Origin: Gemmatimonadota bacterium | GTDB taxonomy: Bacteria > Gemmatimonadota > Gemmatimonadetes > Longimicrobiales > Gaopeijiaceae | Reading direction: 5' to 3' | Assembly: GCA_034521595.1 (NCBI GenBank) | Contig: JAXHMG010000003.1 | Coordinates: 1,344,001-1,408,000, forward strand | DNA: 64,000 bases | Shown here: one piece after another, positions 17,161-26,891 of the stretch | Layout: every line of letters begins with the position of its first letter | Position numbering within the stretch: position 1 is the stretch's first letter | The notes under the pieces: model-generated | Told to the model about the DNA's origin: nothing | What the model saw: the letters and a program-made list of their open reading frames with translations, nothing else | The model's database searches: none | Position numbers and translations under genes: made by a program

Positions 17161-17679
17161 CTACCGAGCGTCGGAGCCGTGAATCGCGCGAGTCAGCACG
17201 GGTACGAGGCCCTGAAGCCTGGCATAGAGCGCGACCTGTCCGCGGTGGTATTCCTCGTGCGCGATTCCGTGGTACATCCATGAAAGGCGGCTCGCCTCGA
17301 TCCCGTCGAACTGTCGAATGGGACGGAGCAGCTGCGCTTCGCCCGCCGCGCGCAGTCGCTCCATACCGTCGTTGAGCGTACGCTCGAGCTCGGCCCTGAT
17401 CTCCGCCGGCGAGCCCTCCCGCACCAGACCCTCGGTGTGCTCGGCCACGAGCTCTTCGAAGGGCTTTCGGGTGAAATCGCCGTCCGCACGCGAGAGCTCC
17501 CCGGCCATCATGCAGCCCGACTCGGCGACGTGCACGAGAAGCTCCGCCAACGTTCGAGACTGCGGGTGTGGCCGGAATCCGTAGCCGTCGTCCGGCACGC
17601 CCTCCGCCTCCGCAATGAGGCTGGTGCGCGCATAGCGCCACGCTTCGAGAGCTTCGTCGAGCAGGTTCTCTTGGGTCAT
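17161..17679 (-). CDS. DinB/YfiT family protein
   Basis: FRPHPQSRTLAELLVH and HEEYHRGQ...YAR..GLVP. RBS GAGG. Confidence 0.88.
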   Translation of the reverse strand: MTQENLLDEALEAWRYARTSLIAEAEGVPDDGYGFRPHPQSRTLAELLVHVAESGCMMAGELSRADGDFTRKPFEELVAEHTEGLVREGSPAEIRAELERTLNDGMERLRAAGEAQLLRPIRQFDGIEASRLSWMYHGIAHEEYHRGQVALYARLQGLVPVLTRAIHGSDAR

Positions 17680-17686
17680 GGGCACC

Positions 17687-18679
17687 TCAATAGGCCATCG
17701 CGTAGACGATGAGGTTGAGAAAGAGCCGCGATGCGAAGGTCGAATACTCGAGCGGGTAGCGCGGGGACTCGGCCCACTCCAACGCATCTCCGAGGTCGGT
17801 GTTCCAGTTGATCGCCACGATCAAGCGGCCGTTCTCGTCGAAGATCCCGCGCAGGTGAGCCTCGTGGCCGTCCTGCTCGGAGGTCGTAGCCCCGGGCACG
17901 CCCATGGCGACGGCACGGCCGCTTCCCACGTTGGGAACTTGCAGGATCTCCTCGTCGAGCTCGTAGTACGAGCGGAAGATCGCGTGATCCCTGGGCACAT
18001 CGACGATCGCGTGGTCGGGTAGCACCCGGCGCATCTGCTCGCGGAAGCTCCGCCACTCCCGACTCCCCCAGAAGTCGTCGAGCATGAGGAAGCCACCGGC
18101 GAGCAGATAGTCCCGGAGACCGGCGACTTCGGCTTCGGTCAGGTCCGCGTAGCCCCATTCGAGGCTATACAGGAACGGGTACTTGCGGAGATCGGGATCG
18201 GCCAGGGAGATGGGCATCTCCCACTCGCACGCGTCGAGGTTCGAGAGCCGGGTGGCGACCCGCGTCATGACCCGATCGGCGTTGGGATAGTCGATGGACC
18301 AGGCGGGGCCCCGGTCCCCGAGGTAGTCCCCGCCACGGCGACGGAAGCCGAATCCTCCGCCACGGGTGCCCGAGTACATGGCTCGCGCGAGGTAGAACTG
18401 ATGAGGTCGGCTGGCGTCGCCTCGAGACGCTTTCCGGTAGCCTTCCTCCGTCACCTCCATGTCGGAGAGCCGCTGTGGTCCCGGTCCGCACGTCCACGCG
18501 GGCGCGGTGGCCTGGTACGGCACGACGCTCGGCTCGGAGGGCGATCCCGAGCGTGCCGTGGCCGGCGCGGCTCCAACGCCGCTGAAACCCTCTGGGCTCA
18601 CCGAGTGGAGGGCGCCGGCCAGACCGCCGGAAAGAACCAGGACCCCGACCAGGGCGGACGCTCCCGCGACCGGTCTCAC
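17687..18679 (-). CDS. DUF4159 domain protein with an N-terminal signal/anchor
   Basis: WSIDYPNAD, YPFLY, LRDYLLAGGFLMLDDFWG and NTDLGDALE...N...YAM. Confidence 0.85.
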   Translation of the reverse strand: MRPVAGASALVGVLVLSGGLAGALHSVSPEGFSGVGAAPATARSGSPSEPSVVPYQATAPAWTCGPGPQRLSDMEVTEEGYRKASRGDASRPHQFYLARAMYSGTRGGGFGFRRRGGDYLGDRGPAWSIDYPNADRVMTRVATRLSNLDACEWEMPISLADPDLRKYPFLYSLEWGYADLTEAEVAGLRDYLLAGGFLMLDDFWGSREWRSFREQMRRVLPDHAIVDVPRDHAIFRSYYELDEEILQVPNVGSGRAVAMGVPGATTSEQDGHEAHLRGIFDENGRLIVAINWNTDLGDALEWAESPRYPLEYSTFASRLFLNLIVYAMAY

Positions 18680-18836
18680 GCCCCGCTCTCCCGGCGGTTC
18701 TCTCCGCCCGGCCGGTGTACGGCGTCACCCATCCTGGACGTGGCGCCATGACGCATGGGGTCGGACTCCGTGGCTCGAGGGGTGTGCTTTCGTTGCCTAC
18801 CCCGCGCGGGTGCTGAGGGTCGCGGTCGCGCACGTC

Positions 18837-18868
18837 GGGGCACAATGCCAGTCCGATCGGGGTATTCT
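18837..18868 (+). promoter_or_regulatory. Palindrome GGCA-CAA-TGCC overlapping a putative -35, with -10 TATTCT
   Basis: GGGGCACAATGCC at 18837-18849 and TATTCT at 18863-18868, upstream of ATG 18905. Confidence 0.45.
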
Positions 18869-18904
18869 CGTCGCACGTCGCCCGCTATTTCACAGGCAGC
18901 CCAC

Positions 18905-19327
18905 ATGTCCGCATCCACCCGTTGGCGCCCGCGTCATCGCTCTCTCGCGTTGGTCGGAGCGTTCTCTCTCGGCGCCACCCTCGGCTGCGCGACGCTCGAG
19001 GTACCCAACTTTCGAGGGCAGGCGGCTACGGCCCAGCCCATCGTGCTGAACGTGAGTAACCAGAACTACGCCGACGTGACCGTCCATGTGTCGGAGGGAA
19101 GTGGATGGCAACGCGTGGGTAGCGTCACGGGTCAGGGCTCGGCACGGCTGGAGATGCCGGCTTCCATGTCGGCCGGAGCCGCGTCCTACCGGGTGCGAAT
19201 TCACGCGATCGGCTCTCGGGACCGGAACGACTACGTAAGCGAGCGCATCCCCGCGAATCGAGGCAACGTGATTCACGTCACCGTTGCTCCCGTGCTTCGC
19301 ATGTCGAGCTGGTCGATCCGGGACTGA
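18905..19327 (+). CDS. Small beta-rich lipoprotein of unknown function (paralogue 2)
   Basis: Lipobox TLGC. Shares PIV..V.NQ...DV.VHVS, W.R.G.VTG, HAIG, DYVS.RIPAN.GNVI..TVA.VLRMSSWSIR with paralogue 1. Confidence 0.85.
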   Translation: MSASTRWRPRHRSLALVGAFSLGATLGCATLEVPNFRGQAATAQPIVLNVSNQNYADVTVHVSEGSGWQRVGSVTGQGSARLEMPASMSAGAASYRVRIHAIGSRDRNDYVSERIPANRGNVIHVTVAPVLRMSSWSIRD

Positions 19328-19337
19328 ACAGGGCGGC

Positions 19338-20285
19338 GTGACGCGCTCCGTGTTGCCGCTCCTTCCGGTCCTGCTCGGACTGGCCGCGCTCTGGGTGGGT
19401 ACCGCCGTAGCGCTCCGGGGCGCCTCGAGGATGAGCGGGCGAGATACGGCGTGGGAGGTCGTCGTCGGGCTGACCGTGCTCGGCGTAGGCACGGCGCTCC
19501 CGGAGGTCGGCGTCACGGCCGCCGCGCTCGCTTCAGCGACGCCCATGGGTCCCCTCTCCGGGCTCATCATCGGCACGGTCCTGGGGAGCGTCCTGGCTCG
19601 GGCCACGCTCGTGCTCGGGCTCGCGCGGCTCACGGGCACGGCCGAGGCGAGAGCGGCGCCCCACGAGACGCGCGCGCCCGTGCTCGTGACCACCATCGCG
19701 GCGGTATGGGTCCTGAGCAGTGACGGCTCGCTGGGCCGTCTGGACGGGGCGCTCCTCCTCGCGGCCTGGGCAGCTCTTCAGACCATGCGTACCCGCGGAG
19801 GGGTGAACCGCGTCCGCGGCACGGCGTCCGGCACACCTCTCCTCCCGGACGCCTTCCTCGTGGCGCTGGGCGGCGTGATCTTGGCCGGAGCCGCCTGGTG
19901 GATCGTCCCGGACGTCCTCGCGTTGGCCGACGTGTGGGCGGTGAGCCCGTTGGTGATCGGCCTGCTCCTGCTGGGCACGGGCACGAGCCTGCCGGAGTTG
20001 ATCTTCGCCTTGAGTGCCGCCACTCGGGGTCGTGTCGCACTCTCCCCGGCGTCGGTGTTGGCGACCGGAACCGTCGGGCTGTTGCTCCCGCTCGGATTGG
20101 CCGGACTCGTCTCGCCACTGCACGTCGAGGTCCTCACGCTACGCGTGGATCTTCCGGCTCTCGCCATCCCCGCCGTGGTCCTGTGGGGCTGGGAGCGACG
20201 GGCCACGACGCTCACGAGCCGTCGGGCGCTCCTGCTCGTGCTCTATTTCCTCGCCTTCGCGCTCCTCCGGATGCTCCTCGGCTGA
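19338..20285 (+). CDS. Ca2+:cation antiporter (CaCA, YrbG-like), divergent
   Basis: About 10 TM segments and two alpha-repeats (GTALPE, GTSLPE). Confidence 0.8.
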   Translation: MTRSVLPLLPVLLGLAALWVGTAVALRGASRMSGRDTAWEVVVGLTVLGVGTALPEVGVTAAALASATPMGPLSGLIIGTVLGSVLARATLVLGLARLTGTAEARAAPHETRAPVLVTTIAAVWVLSSDGSLGRLDGALLLAAWAALQTMRTRGGVNRVRGTASGTPLLPDAFLVALGGVILAGAAWWIVPDVLALADVWAVSPLVIGLLLLGTGTSLPELIFALSAATRGRVALSPASVLATGTVGLLLPLGLAGLVSPLHVEVLTLRVDLPALAIPAVVLWGWERRATTLTSRRALLLVLYFLAFALLRMLLG

Positions 20286-20294
20286 CCGGAAGGG

Positions 20295-20624
20295 TCATCC
20301 ACCCTCGTCGACATCCGGCTCCGCGAGGCGCCGCAAGTATTCGAACGGGTAGATCCCGGTGCTGTGCCCGTCGCTCCAGTGAAACTGGAGTGCGTACCGG
20401 CCCACGTAGTGGATCTCGGTCGGATAAACTCCGGGATCGATCATGTCGGGCACCAGCATGCGCTCACCGGTCATCTCGTCGACGCATCCGGCACAGGGGC
20501 ACTTGAGCCGCAGATCTCTGGGCGCGTATTCGGTGACCGCTCCATCCTGCCAGACGATCCGGAGGTGGGTACCGTCCTCCGTGGGACCGACCTCATCGGC
20601 GAGAAAGCGAGCGTCCGCGCTCAC
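20295..20624 (-). CDS. DUF971 / gamma-butyrobetaine hydroxylase N-terminal-like Zn-binding protein
   Basis: LRLKCPCAGC, VGRYALQFHWSDGHSTGIY..EYLR. Confidence 0.9.
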   Translation of the reverse strand: MSADARFLADEVGPTEDGTHLRIVWQDGAVTEYAPRDLRLKCPCAGCVDEMTGERMLVPDMIDPGVYPTEIHYVGRYALQFHWSDGHSTGIYPFEYLRRLAEPDVDEGG

Positions 20625-21286
20625 GAGAGGTCTCTCCGCTCGGACTGCAGGCCGCGCGCGAGCTCGCGGAACGCCGCCCCACGGTGGCTGCGCGCATCCT
20701 TCTCCTCGGGGCTGAGCTCGGCGTAGGTGCGATCGAGCTCGGGGACCAGCACATGCGGATCGTATCCGAACCCGCCGCTGCCGCGTGGCTGGTCCACGAT
20801 CCGTCCCTCCGCCTCCCCTCGCGTCACGAGCTCGTGGCCGGAGCCGTCCACGAGCACCGCCACGCAGACGTAACGCGCCGTGCGCCGTTCCGGAGCGACT
20901 CCTTCCAGACGTGCGACGAGGTGTCGGTTGTTGGCTTCGTCCTGTCCCAATGCTCCGGCTTCGGCGGCCGGCGCGAAACGCTTGCTCCGAACACCCGGCG
21001 CCCCGTCGAGGGCATCGACCACGATCCCGGAGTCGTCCGCCACCGTGGGAAGCCCCGCCTTCGCGGCGAAGTACCGCGCTTTGGACCGAGCGTTTTCCTC
21101 GAACGTATCGTAGGGCTCGAGGTCCTCCTCCTCGGGGGACGGCTCGATTCCGGCTTCGTCGAGCGAGAGGACGCTCAAGCCGCCGACGGATCCCAGGATC
21201 CGCCGGATCTCGCGCATCTTCCCAGTGCTGCGTGTCGCGACCAGGAGCTTTTCCACGGGCGCCTCCTTCGGCTGCGCGAACGTCAT
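20621..21286 (-). CDS. rdgB: dITP/XTP pyrophosphatase (Ham1 family)
   Basis: ATRSTGKMREI, TFEENARSKA, ADDSG, PGVRSKRF, GFGYDP and SHRG. Confidence 0.93.
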   Translation of the reverse strand: MTFAQPKEAPVEKLLVATRSTGKMREIRRILGSVGGLSVLSLDEAGIEPSPEEEDLEPYDTFEENARSKARYFAAKAGLPTVADDSGIVVDALDGAPGVRSKRFAPAAEAGALGQDEANNRHLVARLEGVAPERRTARYVCVAVLVDGSGHELVTRGEAEGRIVDQPRGSGGFGYDPHVLVPELDRTYAELSPEEKDARSHRGAAFRELARGLQSERRDLS

Positions 21287-22005
21287 GCGGTGCGGAGCGC
21301 GTCGGCCTGAGCCCCGAGCAGCACCCGGATCCCGGACGTCGCGAGATCGATCAGCGCATCGAGCTCCTCGCGGCGAAACGGGTCCCCCTCGGCGGTGCCT
21401 TGCACCTCGACGAGGCCGCCGGACTCCGTGCCGACGACATTCATGTCCACCTGAGCACGCACATCCTGCCGGTAGTCGAGGTCGAGACAGGGCGTGCCGT
21501 CCACGATGCCGACGCTCACGGCGGCGACCCGCTCCCGGACGGGATTCCGGTCGACCAGGCCCTCCGCGACCATCCACCGTCCGGCCAATGCGAGCGCCAC
21601 GCAGGCACCGGTCACCGACGCGGTCCGGGTGCCGCCGTCCGCCTGGAGCACGTCGCAGTCCACGGTCACCGTATACGGCCCCATCGCCTCCATGTCGGTG
21701 CCCGACCTTAGCGAGCGCCCGATGAGCCGCTGGATCTCCTGGGTCCGTCCGCGCGGACCGCTCCGCTCCCGCCCCGTGCGCGTATGCGTGGCGCGGGGAA
21801 GCATGGCGTACTCGGCCGTCACCCACCCCGCCCCGCTCGCTTCCCGCCACGCGGGCACTCCGGCAACCACCGAAGCGGTGCAAAGCACGCGGGTGTCTCC
21901 GGTGGCGATGACGCACGAGCCTTCCGCGTAGGGCGCCCCACCGACCTCGATGGAAACGGGACGCGGCTCGTCCGCTCGTCGTTCGTCACGACCATCACGC
22001 ATCAT
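21283..22005 (-). CDS. rph: Ribonuclease PH
   Basis: [48 protein letters not shown] and EVQGTAEG. Confidence 0.96.
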   Translation of the reverse strand: MMRDGRDERRADEPRPVSIEVGGAPYAEGSCVIATGDTRVLCTASVVAGVPAWREASGAGWVTAEYAMLPRATHTRTGRERSGPRGRTQEIQRLIGRSLRSGTDMEAMGPYTVTVDCDVLQADGGTRTASVTGACVALALAGRWMVAEGLVDRNPVRERVAAVSVGIVDGTPCLDLDYRQDVRAQVDMNVVGTESGGLVEVQGTAEGDPFRREELDALIDLATSGIRVLLGAQADALRTA

Positions 22006-22483
22006 GTTCCTCTCGAATTCGCCTGAGCAAGTCAGTAGTGGAGTATCCCTCCACGAACGGAATCAGCTCCACTCGGCCCCCGGCCGCTTCCACGGTTTCG
22101 CGCCCGACCACCTGCTCCGGCGCATAGTCGCCGCCCTTCACCAAGACGTCGGGCAGAAGCGCCTCGATGAGCGCCGCGGGTGTATCCTCGTCGAACAGGC
22201 ACACCGCGTCCACCGATTCGAGCGCGGCCACGACCAACGCCCGAGCCTTCTCGTCCACGACCGGCCGCCCCGACGCCTTCTCGAGCCGCCGGACGGACGC
22301 GTCCGTGTTCACGCCGACCACGAGCGCGTCGCCGAGGGCTCGAGCCCGGGCCAAGTAGGTCACGTGCCCCGGGTGCAAAATGTCGAAGCAGCCGTTCGTG
22401 AACACGACCCGCCTGTCACGCGGACGACCGTGCCGGACGACGAGCTCGCCGCGGGTCAGCACCTTCTTCTCGGGTTCTCTCAC
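21995..22483 (-). CDS. rfaE2: D-glycero-beta-D-manno-heptose 1-phosphate adenylyltransferase (HldE/RfaE domain II)
   Basis: [35 protein letters not shown] and GYSTT. Confidence 0.93.
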   Translation of the reverse strand: MREPEKKVLTRGELVVRHGRPRDRRVVFTNGCFDILHPGHVTYLARARALGDALVVGVNTDASVRRLEKASGRPVVDEKARALVVAALESVDAVCLFDEDTPAALIEALLPDVLVKGGDYAPEQVVGRETVEAAGGRVELIPFVEGYSTTDLLRRIREEHDA

Positions 22484-23313
22484 GTTCGTGCCACCGTGGA
22501 AAGGAGCTCGGCGGCCCCCCGGGCCAGAAGCTGCTCACCAGCGAGCCGGCCCGCAGCCTCGGCTTCGGTGAGCCATCCCGAGACCTCGGCCCGCACCAGA
22601 CGGCGCCCCTCGGCGGCGGGCACCAACGCCCGCACCCGCAAGAGCGGACCGTGGGGGCGTGCCAGAACACCCACCGGCGCGCCGGCATCGACGCCCAGCA
22701 CGCGAAGCACCGCGAGCTCGGCGGAAAGCGCGGCGCGAACGGCTTCGTCGTCCAACGGTGCGACCCGCGCCCGGAGCGGGGCCGGAGCACGCTCGATGTG
22801 CAGCACCAGGGTGCTCCGGCCGACCGCGGTGGCCCAGGACGTCGGCTCGAGGATCTCGGCGGTCTGGCGGGTCAGGCCCACCGCGCGCACTTCGGACACC
22901 GGCGCGATCCATGCGTGAATCGGCCCGTCTCGTAACGCATCCACGACCGAGCCTCCCTCCCCCGGCGCTACTGCGCGCAAATCCGGACGGTGAACCCCGA
23001 GCATCTCCCTGCGCAGCGGTCCGGCCAGCGCGACCTCCACGCCTTCGGGGAGCTCATCCAGCATCGCCGAACGCCCTTCGCGACCCACGAGCGCATCGCG
23101 TGGCTCGGGCCGGGCCAAAAGCACGGCTCGCTCCGGAGGGGGAGGCTCATCGAACCCTTCCCCACTCTCCAAGCTCAGCTCGGCCACTTCGTCCGGCGGG
23201 ACGCGCTCGACGGGGAAGTCGCGCCCGGCGAGCCAAGCGACGACACGATCGGCTTCCGGGCGGAGCGAGGCGGGAGCCGCCAACCGGGCCCTCACCGAGC
23301 CCGATCCCGGCAA
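22480..23313 (-). CDS. Degenerate hydroxymethylbilane synthase (HemC) homologue lacking the catalytic residues
   Basis: [14 protein letters not shown].....LRR..L...RPDL, AVG...L, LDD.......AE...L..L.....PVG and LL.RGA.ELL follow the HemC order. No Cys in the protein. Start uncertain. Confidence 0.75.
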   Translation of the reverse strand: MPGSGSVRARLAAPASLRPEADRVVAWLAGRDFPVERVPPDEVAELSLESGEGFDEPPPPERAVLLARPEPRDALVGREGRSAMLDELPEGVEVALAGPLRREMLGVHRPDLRAVAPGEGGSVVDALRDGPIHAWIAPVSEVRAVGLTRQTAEILEPTSWATAVGRSTLVLHIERAPAPLRARVAPLDDEAVRAALSAELAVLRVLGVDAGAPVGVLARPHGPLLRVRALVPAAEGRRLVRAEVSGWLTEAEAAGRLAGEQLLARGAAELLSTVART

Positions 23314-23332
23314 CCGTGGAGGCGCCTCGTCC

Positions 23333-25012
23333 TCACAGATACACGACCAGACTCGCCAGCAGAAGAATGGCTACCCATAGCACCATGCTGCCGGTCGGCC
23401 AGGAACGCGCAAGGGGACCGAGCGGGCCGTGGATCCGGGAAAGCCGCGCGATGACACTCCGGACCTGCTGCACGACCGCTCCCGTGAAACGGTTGCGCGC
23501 CGTGCCGACCAGCAACGCGAGCTCACGTGCGGCGGCCGTTCCGAAGCGGCGGTAAAACCAATCCCAATCCAAAGAGATCGTGGGCCGCCACTTCATCGCC
23601 GGAAGCAGAAGGAAGAATGCCAGCGCACCCAGGAACAGCAACTGTAGCTGTCCCAAGACGTGGCTGGCCGAGTAGGGATGGTAGTCCACCGGATACGGTA
23701 GGATGCCGTAGAGCAGCCCCGGCACCACCCCGATACCCACGCAGAGGACCGAGAAGATCCACATGGGCCACAGCATCGTTCGAGGAGGCTCGGAAGGCCT
23801 GAGCCCCGAATCCTTCTGGAAGAACGTGACCCACGGGAACTTCAGCCCGACATAGAGTGGCGCCGCCGCCGAAGCCGCGGCCAGAACGAACCAGGCGACG
23901 GCCAGGTGAGCATCGGCGGTCGCGTCCTTGATCATCAGCTTCGAGATGAACCCCGAGGTGAACGGAAACGCCGAGATCGAGAGCGCACCGATGATGCCCG
24001 CGATCGCTGTCTGCGGCATGGTGCGGAACAGTCCCCCGAGCTCCGTGGCTTTCCGCTTGCCGGTCATGTAGAGCACGCTCCCGGCGGACATGAGCAACAG
24101 GGCCTTGTAGACGATGTGTCCGAACGCGTGGGCGACCGCCCCGTTCAACGCCAGCTCCGAGCCGACCCCGATCGCCGTGACCATGAACCCGACCTGGTTC
24201 ACGATCGAGTACGCGAGAATCCGCCGTACATCGTTTTCGAGCACGGCGTACACGATGCCGTAGAGGGCCATGTAGAGGCCGATCCAGATGAGGATCTGCG
24301 TGCCCGGGAATCCCATCAGGAGCGCGAACACCGCCGTCTTGGTGGTGAACGCCGACAGGAACACCATGCCGCTCGGACTCGCCTCCGGGTATGCGTCCGC
24401 GATCCAGGCCGAAAGGGGCGGAGCCCCCGCGTTGACGAGGAAGCCGACGAGGATCATCGCGGTGGCGAGATTGTCGGGGCGCATGGGCTCGAAGGCGACC
24501 GACCCGGTCGCCCCGATGTGCGCGACCACTCCGAACATGAGCACGACGCCGCCGAACAGGTGGACGAGCAAATACCGCATGCTCGCCGCGTACGCCCCCG
24601 GCTGATCCGAGGCCCAGAGCACGACCGTCGAACCGACCGCCATCAGCTCCCAGAACACCAGCATCGTCACCAGGTCGCCCGCGAGGGTGACCCCCACGGC
24701 GCTCCCCGCGTAGGCGAACGCGGCGGCGAGCTCGAGCGCACGGGCCTGGCCCATCGCGTAGATGCCGCCCACGAACGCGGTGATGGCGAAGACGGTGGCG
24801 AAGACCCGTCCGGTACGGGTCCAGTGGACCGGCAGGAGCTCGTAGTCGAGGAACGGCATGGCGACCGAGTGGCCTTCCGGGATCATCCAGACCGCCGCCA
24901 ACGTGAGTAGCGGAAGAGCCATGACGACCGCGTTGCGCGCGGTCCCGCGAACGGCGGGAATCAGCAACGCACCGGCGATGAGGATGAGTCCGGGCGGGAA
25001 CGACACGGTCAT
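23333..25012 (-). CDS. mrpD: Mrp/Mnh Na+/H+ antiporter, MrpD/MrpA'-like subunit (third copy)
   Basis: FWELMA, GFLVNAGAPPLSAWIADAYP, SAFTTK, RRILAYS, HIVYKALL and PFTSGFISK. Confidence 0.88.
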   Translation of the reverse strand: MTVSFPPGLILIAGALLIPAVRGTARNAVVMALPLLTLAAVWMIPEGHSVAMPFLDYELLPVHWTRTGRVFATVFAITAFVGGIYAMGQARALELAAAFAYAGSAVGVTLAGDLVTMLVFWELMAVGSTVVLWASDQPGAYAASMRYLLVHLFGGVVLMFGVVAHIGATGSVAFEPMRPDNLATAMILVGFLVNAGAPPLSAWIADAYPEASPSGMVFLSAFTTKTAVFALLMGFPGTQILIWIGLYMALYGIVYAVLENDVRRILAYSIVNQVGFMVTAIGVGSELALNGAVAHAFGHIVYKALLLMSAGSVLYMTGKRKATELGGLFRTMPQTAIAGIIGALSISAFPFTSGFISKLMIKDATADAHLAVAWFVLAAASAAAPLYVGLKFPWVTFFQKDSGLRPSEPPRTMLWPMWIFSVLCVGIGVVPGLLYGILPYPVDYHPYSASHVLGQLQLLFLGALAFFLLLPAMKWRPTISLDWDWFYRRFGTAAARELALLVGTARNRFTGAVVQQVRSVIARLSRIHGPLGPLARSWPTGSMVLWVAILLLASLVVYL

Positions 25013-25380
25013 CGCTCACCTCCCCCGACGCCCGCATCCGACGCACCGCTCGTGTCCGGGGCCCCCGCCGTCCCGCTGCTTCCGGAGCCCGCATAGTACG
25101 TTTCCGGCCGCTGCAGCACTCCGCCCACTACCTTCGCCAGCCCGAACAGAAGCACGGTCGACCCCAAGCCGAACCAGACGTAGAAGCCGAACGTTCCGCC
25201 GACCACGAAGTGCCGGTAGTGCTCCACGACGAGATCCGCGGCGGCCACCAGCACCGTCAGCACGATGAAGACGATCCACAGCGTGCGGCTCGTGGAGGGC
25301 TTCACGAGCCAATGCTCGGGCTCGTCGGGGGCCTTCTTCGGCGGGTGTCCGGGCTCAGTCATGCGCCGTGCATCGCTCAT
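25009..25380 (-). CDS. Small 2-TM accessory protein inside the mrp operon
   Basis: ATGA overlaps on both sides, two hydrophobic segments, GFY..FG....V.L...AK.....L.RPE.YY. Confidence 0.8.
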   Translation of the reverse strand: MSDARRMTEPGHPPKKAPDEPEHWLVKPSTSRTLWIVFIVLTVLVAAADLVVEHYRHFVVGGTFGFYVWFGLGSTVLLFGLAKVVGGVLQRPETYYAGSGSSGTAGAPDTSGASDAGVGGGER

Positions 25381-26891
25381 GGAGCACCTCCGACGAGGGC
25401 TTGGGCCAGCGCAAGGGGCACTCCGGGGAACAGGAACAGAAGTACGGTGAGCGCCGCGGTCGCCGTCAGCGCGATCACGATGGGCAGCGGCGCTTCACCG
25501 TGGTCGTGGTCCACGTGGTGGTCGTCGCCACCTCCGACGTACGCCGGCTCCGCGGCTTCTTCCCGTTGGAAGAACGCCATGTAGATGATGGGCACGAAGT
25601 AAGCGCCGTTGAGCAAGGTCGACGCGACCAGGATCCCCACCGCGACCATATGCTCCGCCTGGAAGGCTCCGAGCATCATGTACCACTTGCTGATGAAGCC
25701 ACCCGCGGGCGGGAGGCCGATCATCGACAACGCCCCGATCGTGAAGGCGCCCATGGTCCACGGCATCCGGCGGCCGACCCCCCGAAGCTGCCGGATGTCG
25801 TCCTTGTGTGCCGCCGTGTGGATCGAGCCCGCCGCGAAGAACAACGTGATCTTTCCGAATGCGTGCGCGACGATATGGAGCGCAGCCCCGGCCGCCGCCA
25901 TGGGTGCGAAGAGTGCGGCGGCGAGCACGACGTAGCTGAGCTGGCTCACGGTCGAATAGGCGAGCATGCGCTTCAGATTGCCCTGCTGCATGAGGATCCG
26001 GAGCGCGACGATCGAAGCCGCGAGCACGGTGAAGCCCGACGCGTATACCAGCCAGCCGGTCCCGCCCTGGCCCGCGAGAAAGTCGATACCGAAGACGTAC
26101 ACGACGATCTTGACGACGCTGAAGACCCCGGCCTTCACGACCGCCACGGCGTGCAGGAGCGCGGACACGGGCGTCGGAGCGACCATCGCGGCGGGGAGCC
26201 ATCGGTGGACCGGCATGATGGCGGCCTTCCCGATGCCGAACATGAAGAGCGCCAGGAGCAACCCGACGAGCGGCCCTTCGACGTGCCCTTCGAGAATCCC
26301 GCCCTGCTCGAAGTCGACCGAGCCGGTGAGGGCGTGGGTCAAGAGGATCCCGAGCAAGAAGAGACCGATCGACGTCGAGATGAGGATCCCGAGGTAGACA
26401 CGCCCCGCCTTCATCGAGCTCTCGGTGCCCTTGTGCGTCACGAGAGGATAGGTCGAGAGCGTGAGCATCTCGTAGAAGACGAACAGCGTCACGAGGTTGC
26501 CCGCGAAGGCGACGCCCATCGCGCTGCCGATGGCTACCGCGAAGCACACGTAGAACCGCGTCTGCTTCTTCTCGTGGTTGCCCCGCATGTACCCGATCGA
26601 ATAGAGCGAGTTGATCGGCCACAGGAGGGCGGCGACCCCCGCGAAGATCATCCCTAGCGGCTCGACTTCGAGCATGAGCGAGATGCCCGGCACCATCTCG
26701 ATCAGGGTCACCTGCGGCCGCCCGCCTCCGAGGAGCTCGGGCACGAGCGAGCCGACGATGAGCAGGAGCACGCCCGACGTGACGAGGGTCACCGTTTCAC
26801 GGAGGTTCGGGTAGTCCCCGGTGAATGCGATGCCGAAGGCCCCGAGCATCGGAACCGCCAGCGCGAGAAGCATCAGGATCTCCGCGCTCAC
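25377..26891 (-). CDS. mrpD: Mrp antiporter, MrpD-like subunit (second copy)
   Basis: FYEMLTLSTYPLV, GIGKAAIMPVHRWLPAAMVAPTPVSALLHAVAVVKAG and HAFGKITLF. Confidence 0.9.
   Translation of the reverse strand: MSAEILMLLALAVPMLGAFGIAFTGDYPNLRETVTLVTSGVLLLIVGSLVPELLGGGRPQVTLIEMVPGISLMLEVEPLGMIFAGVAALLWPINSLYSIGYMRGNHEKKQTRFYVCFAVAIGSAMGVAFAGNLVTLFVFYEMLTLSTYPLVTHKGTESSMKAGRVYLGILISTSIGLFLLGILLTHALTGSVDFEQGGILEGHVEGPLVGLLLALFMFGIGKAAIMPVHRWLPAAMVAPTPVSALLHAVAVVKAGVFSVVKIVVYVFGIDFLAGQGGTGWLVYASGFTVLAASIVALRILMQQGNLKRMLAYSTVSQLSYVVLAAALFAPMAAAGAALHIVAHAFGKITLFFAAGSIHTAAHKDDIRQLRGVGRRMPWTMGAFTIGALSMIGLPPAGGFISKWYMMLGAFQAEHMVAVGILVASTLLNGAYFVPIIYMAFFQREEAAEPAYVGGGDDHHVDHDHGEAPLPIVIALTATAALTVLLFLFPGVPLALAQALVGGAP

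Noticed and set aside
18741-18756. sigma54-like TGGCGC...GC upstream of lipoprotein paralogue 2
   Set aside because: GG-to-GC spacing is 9 nt rather than the required 10.
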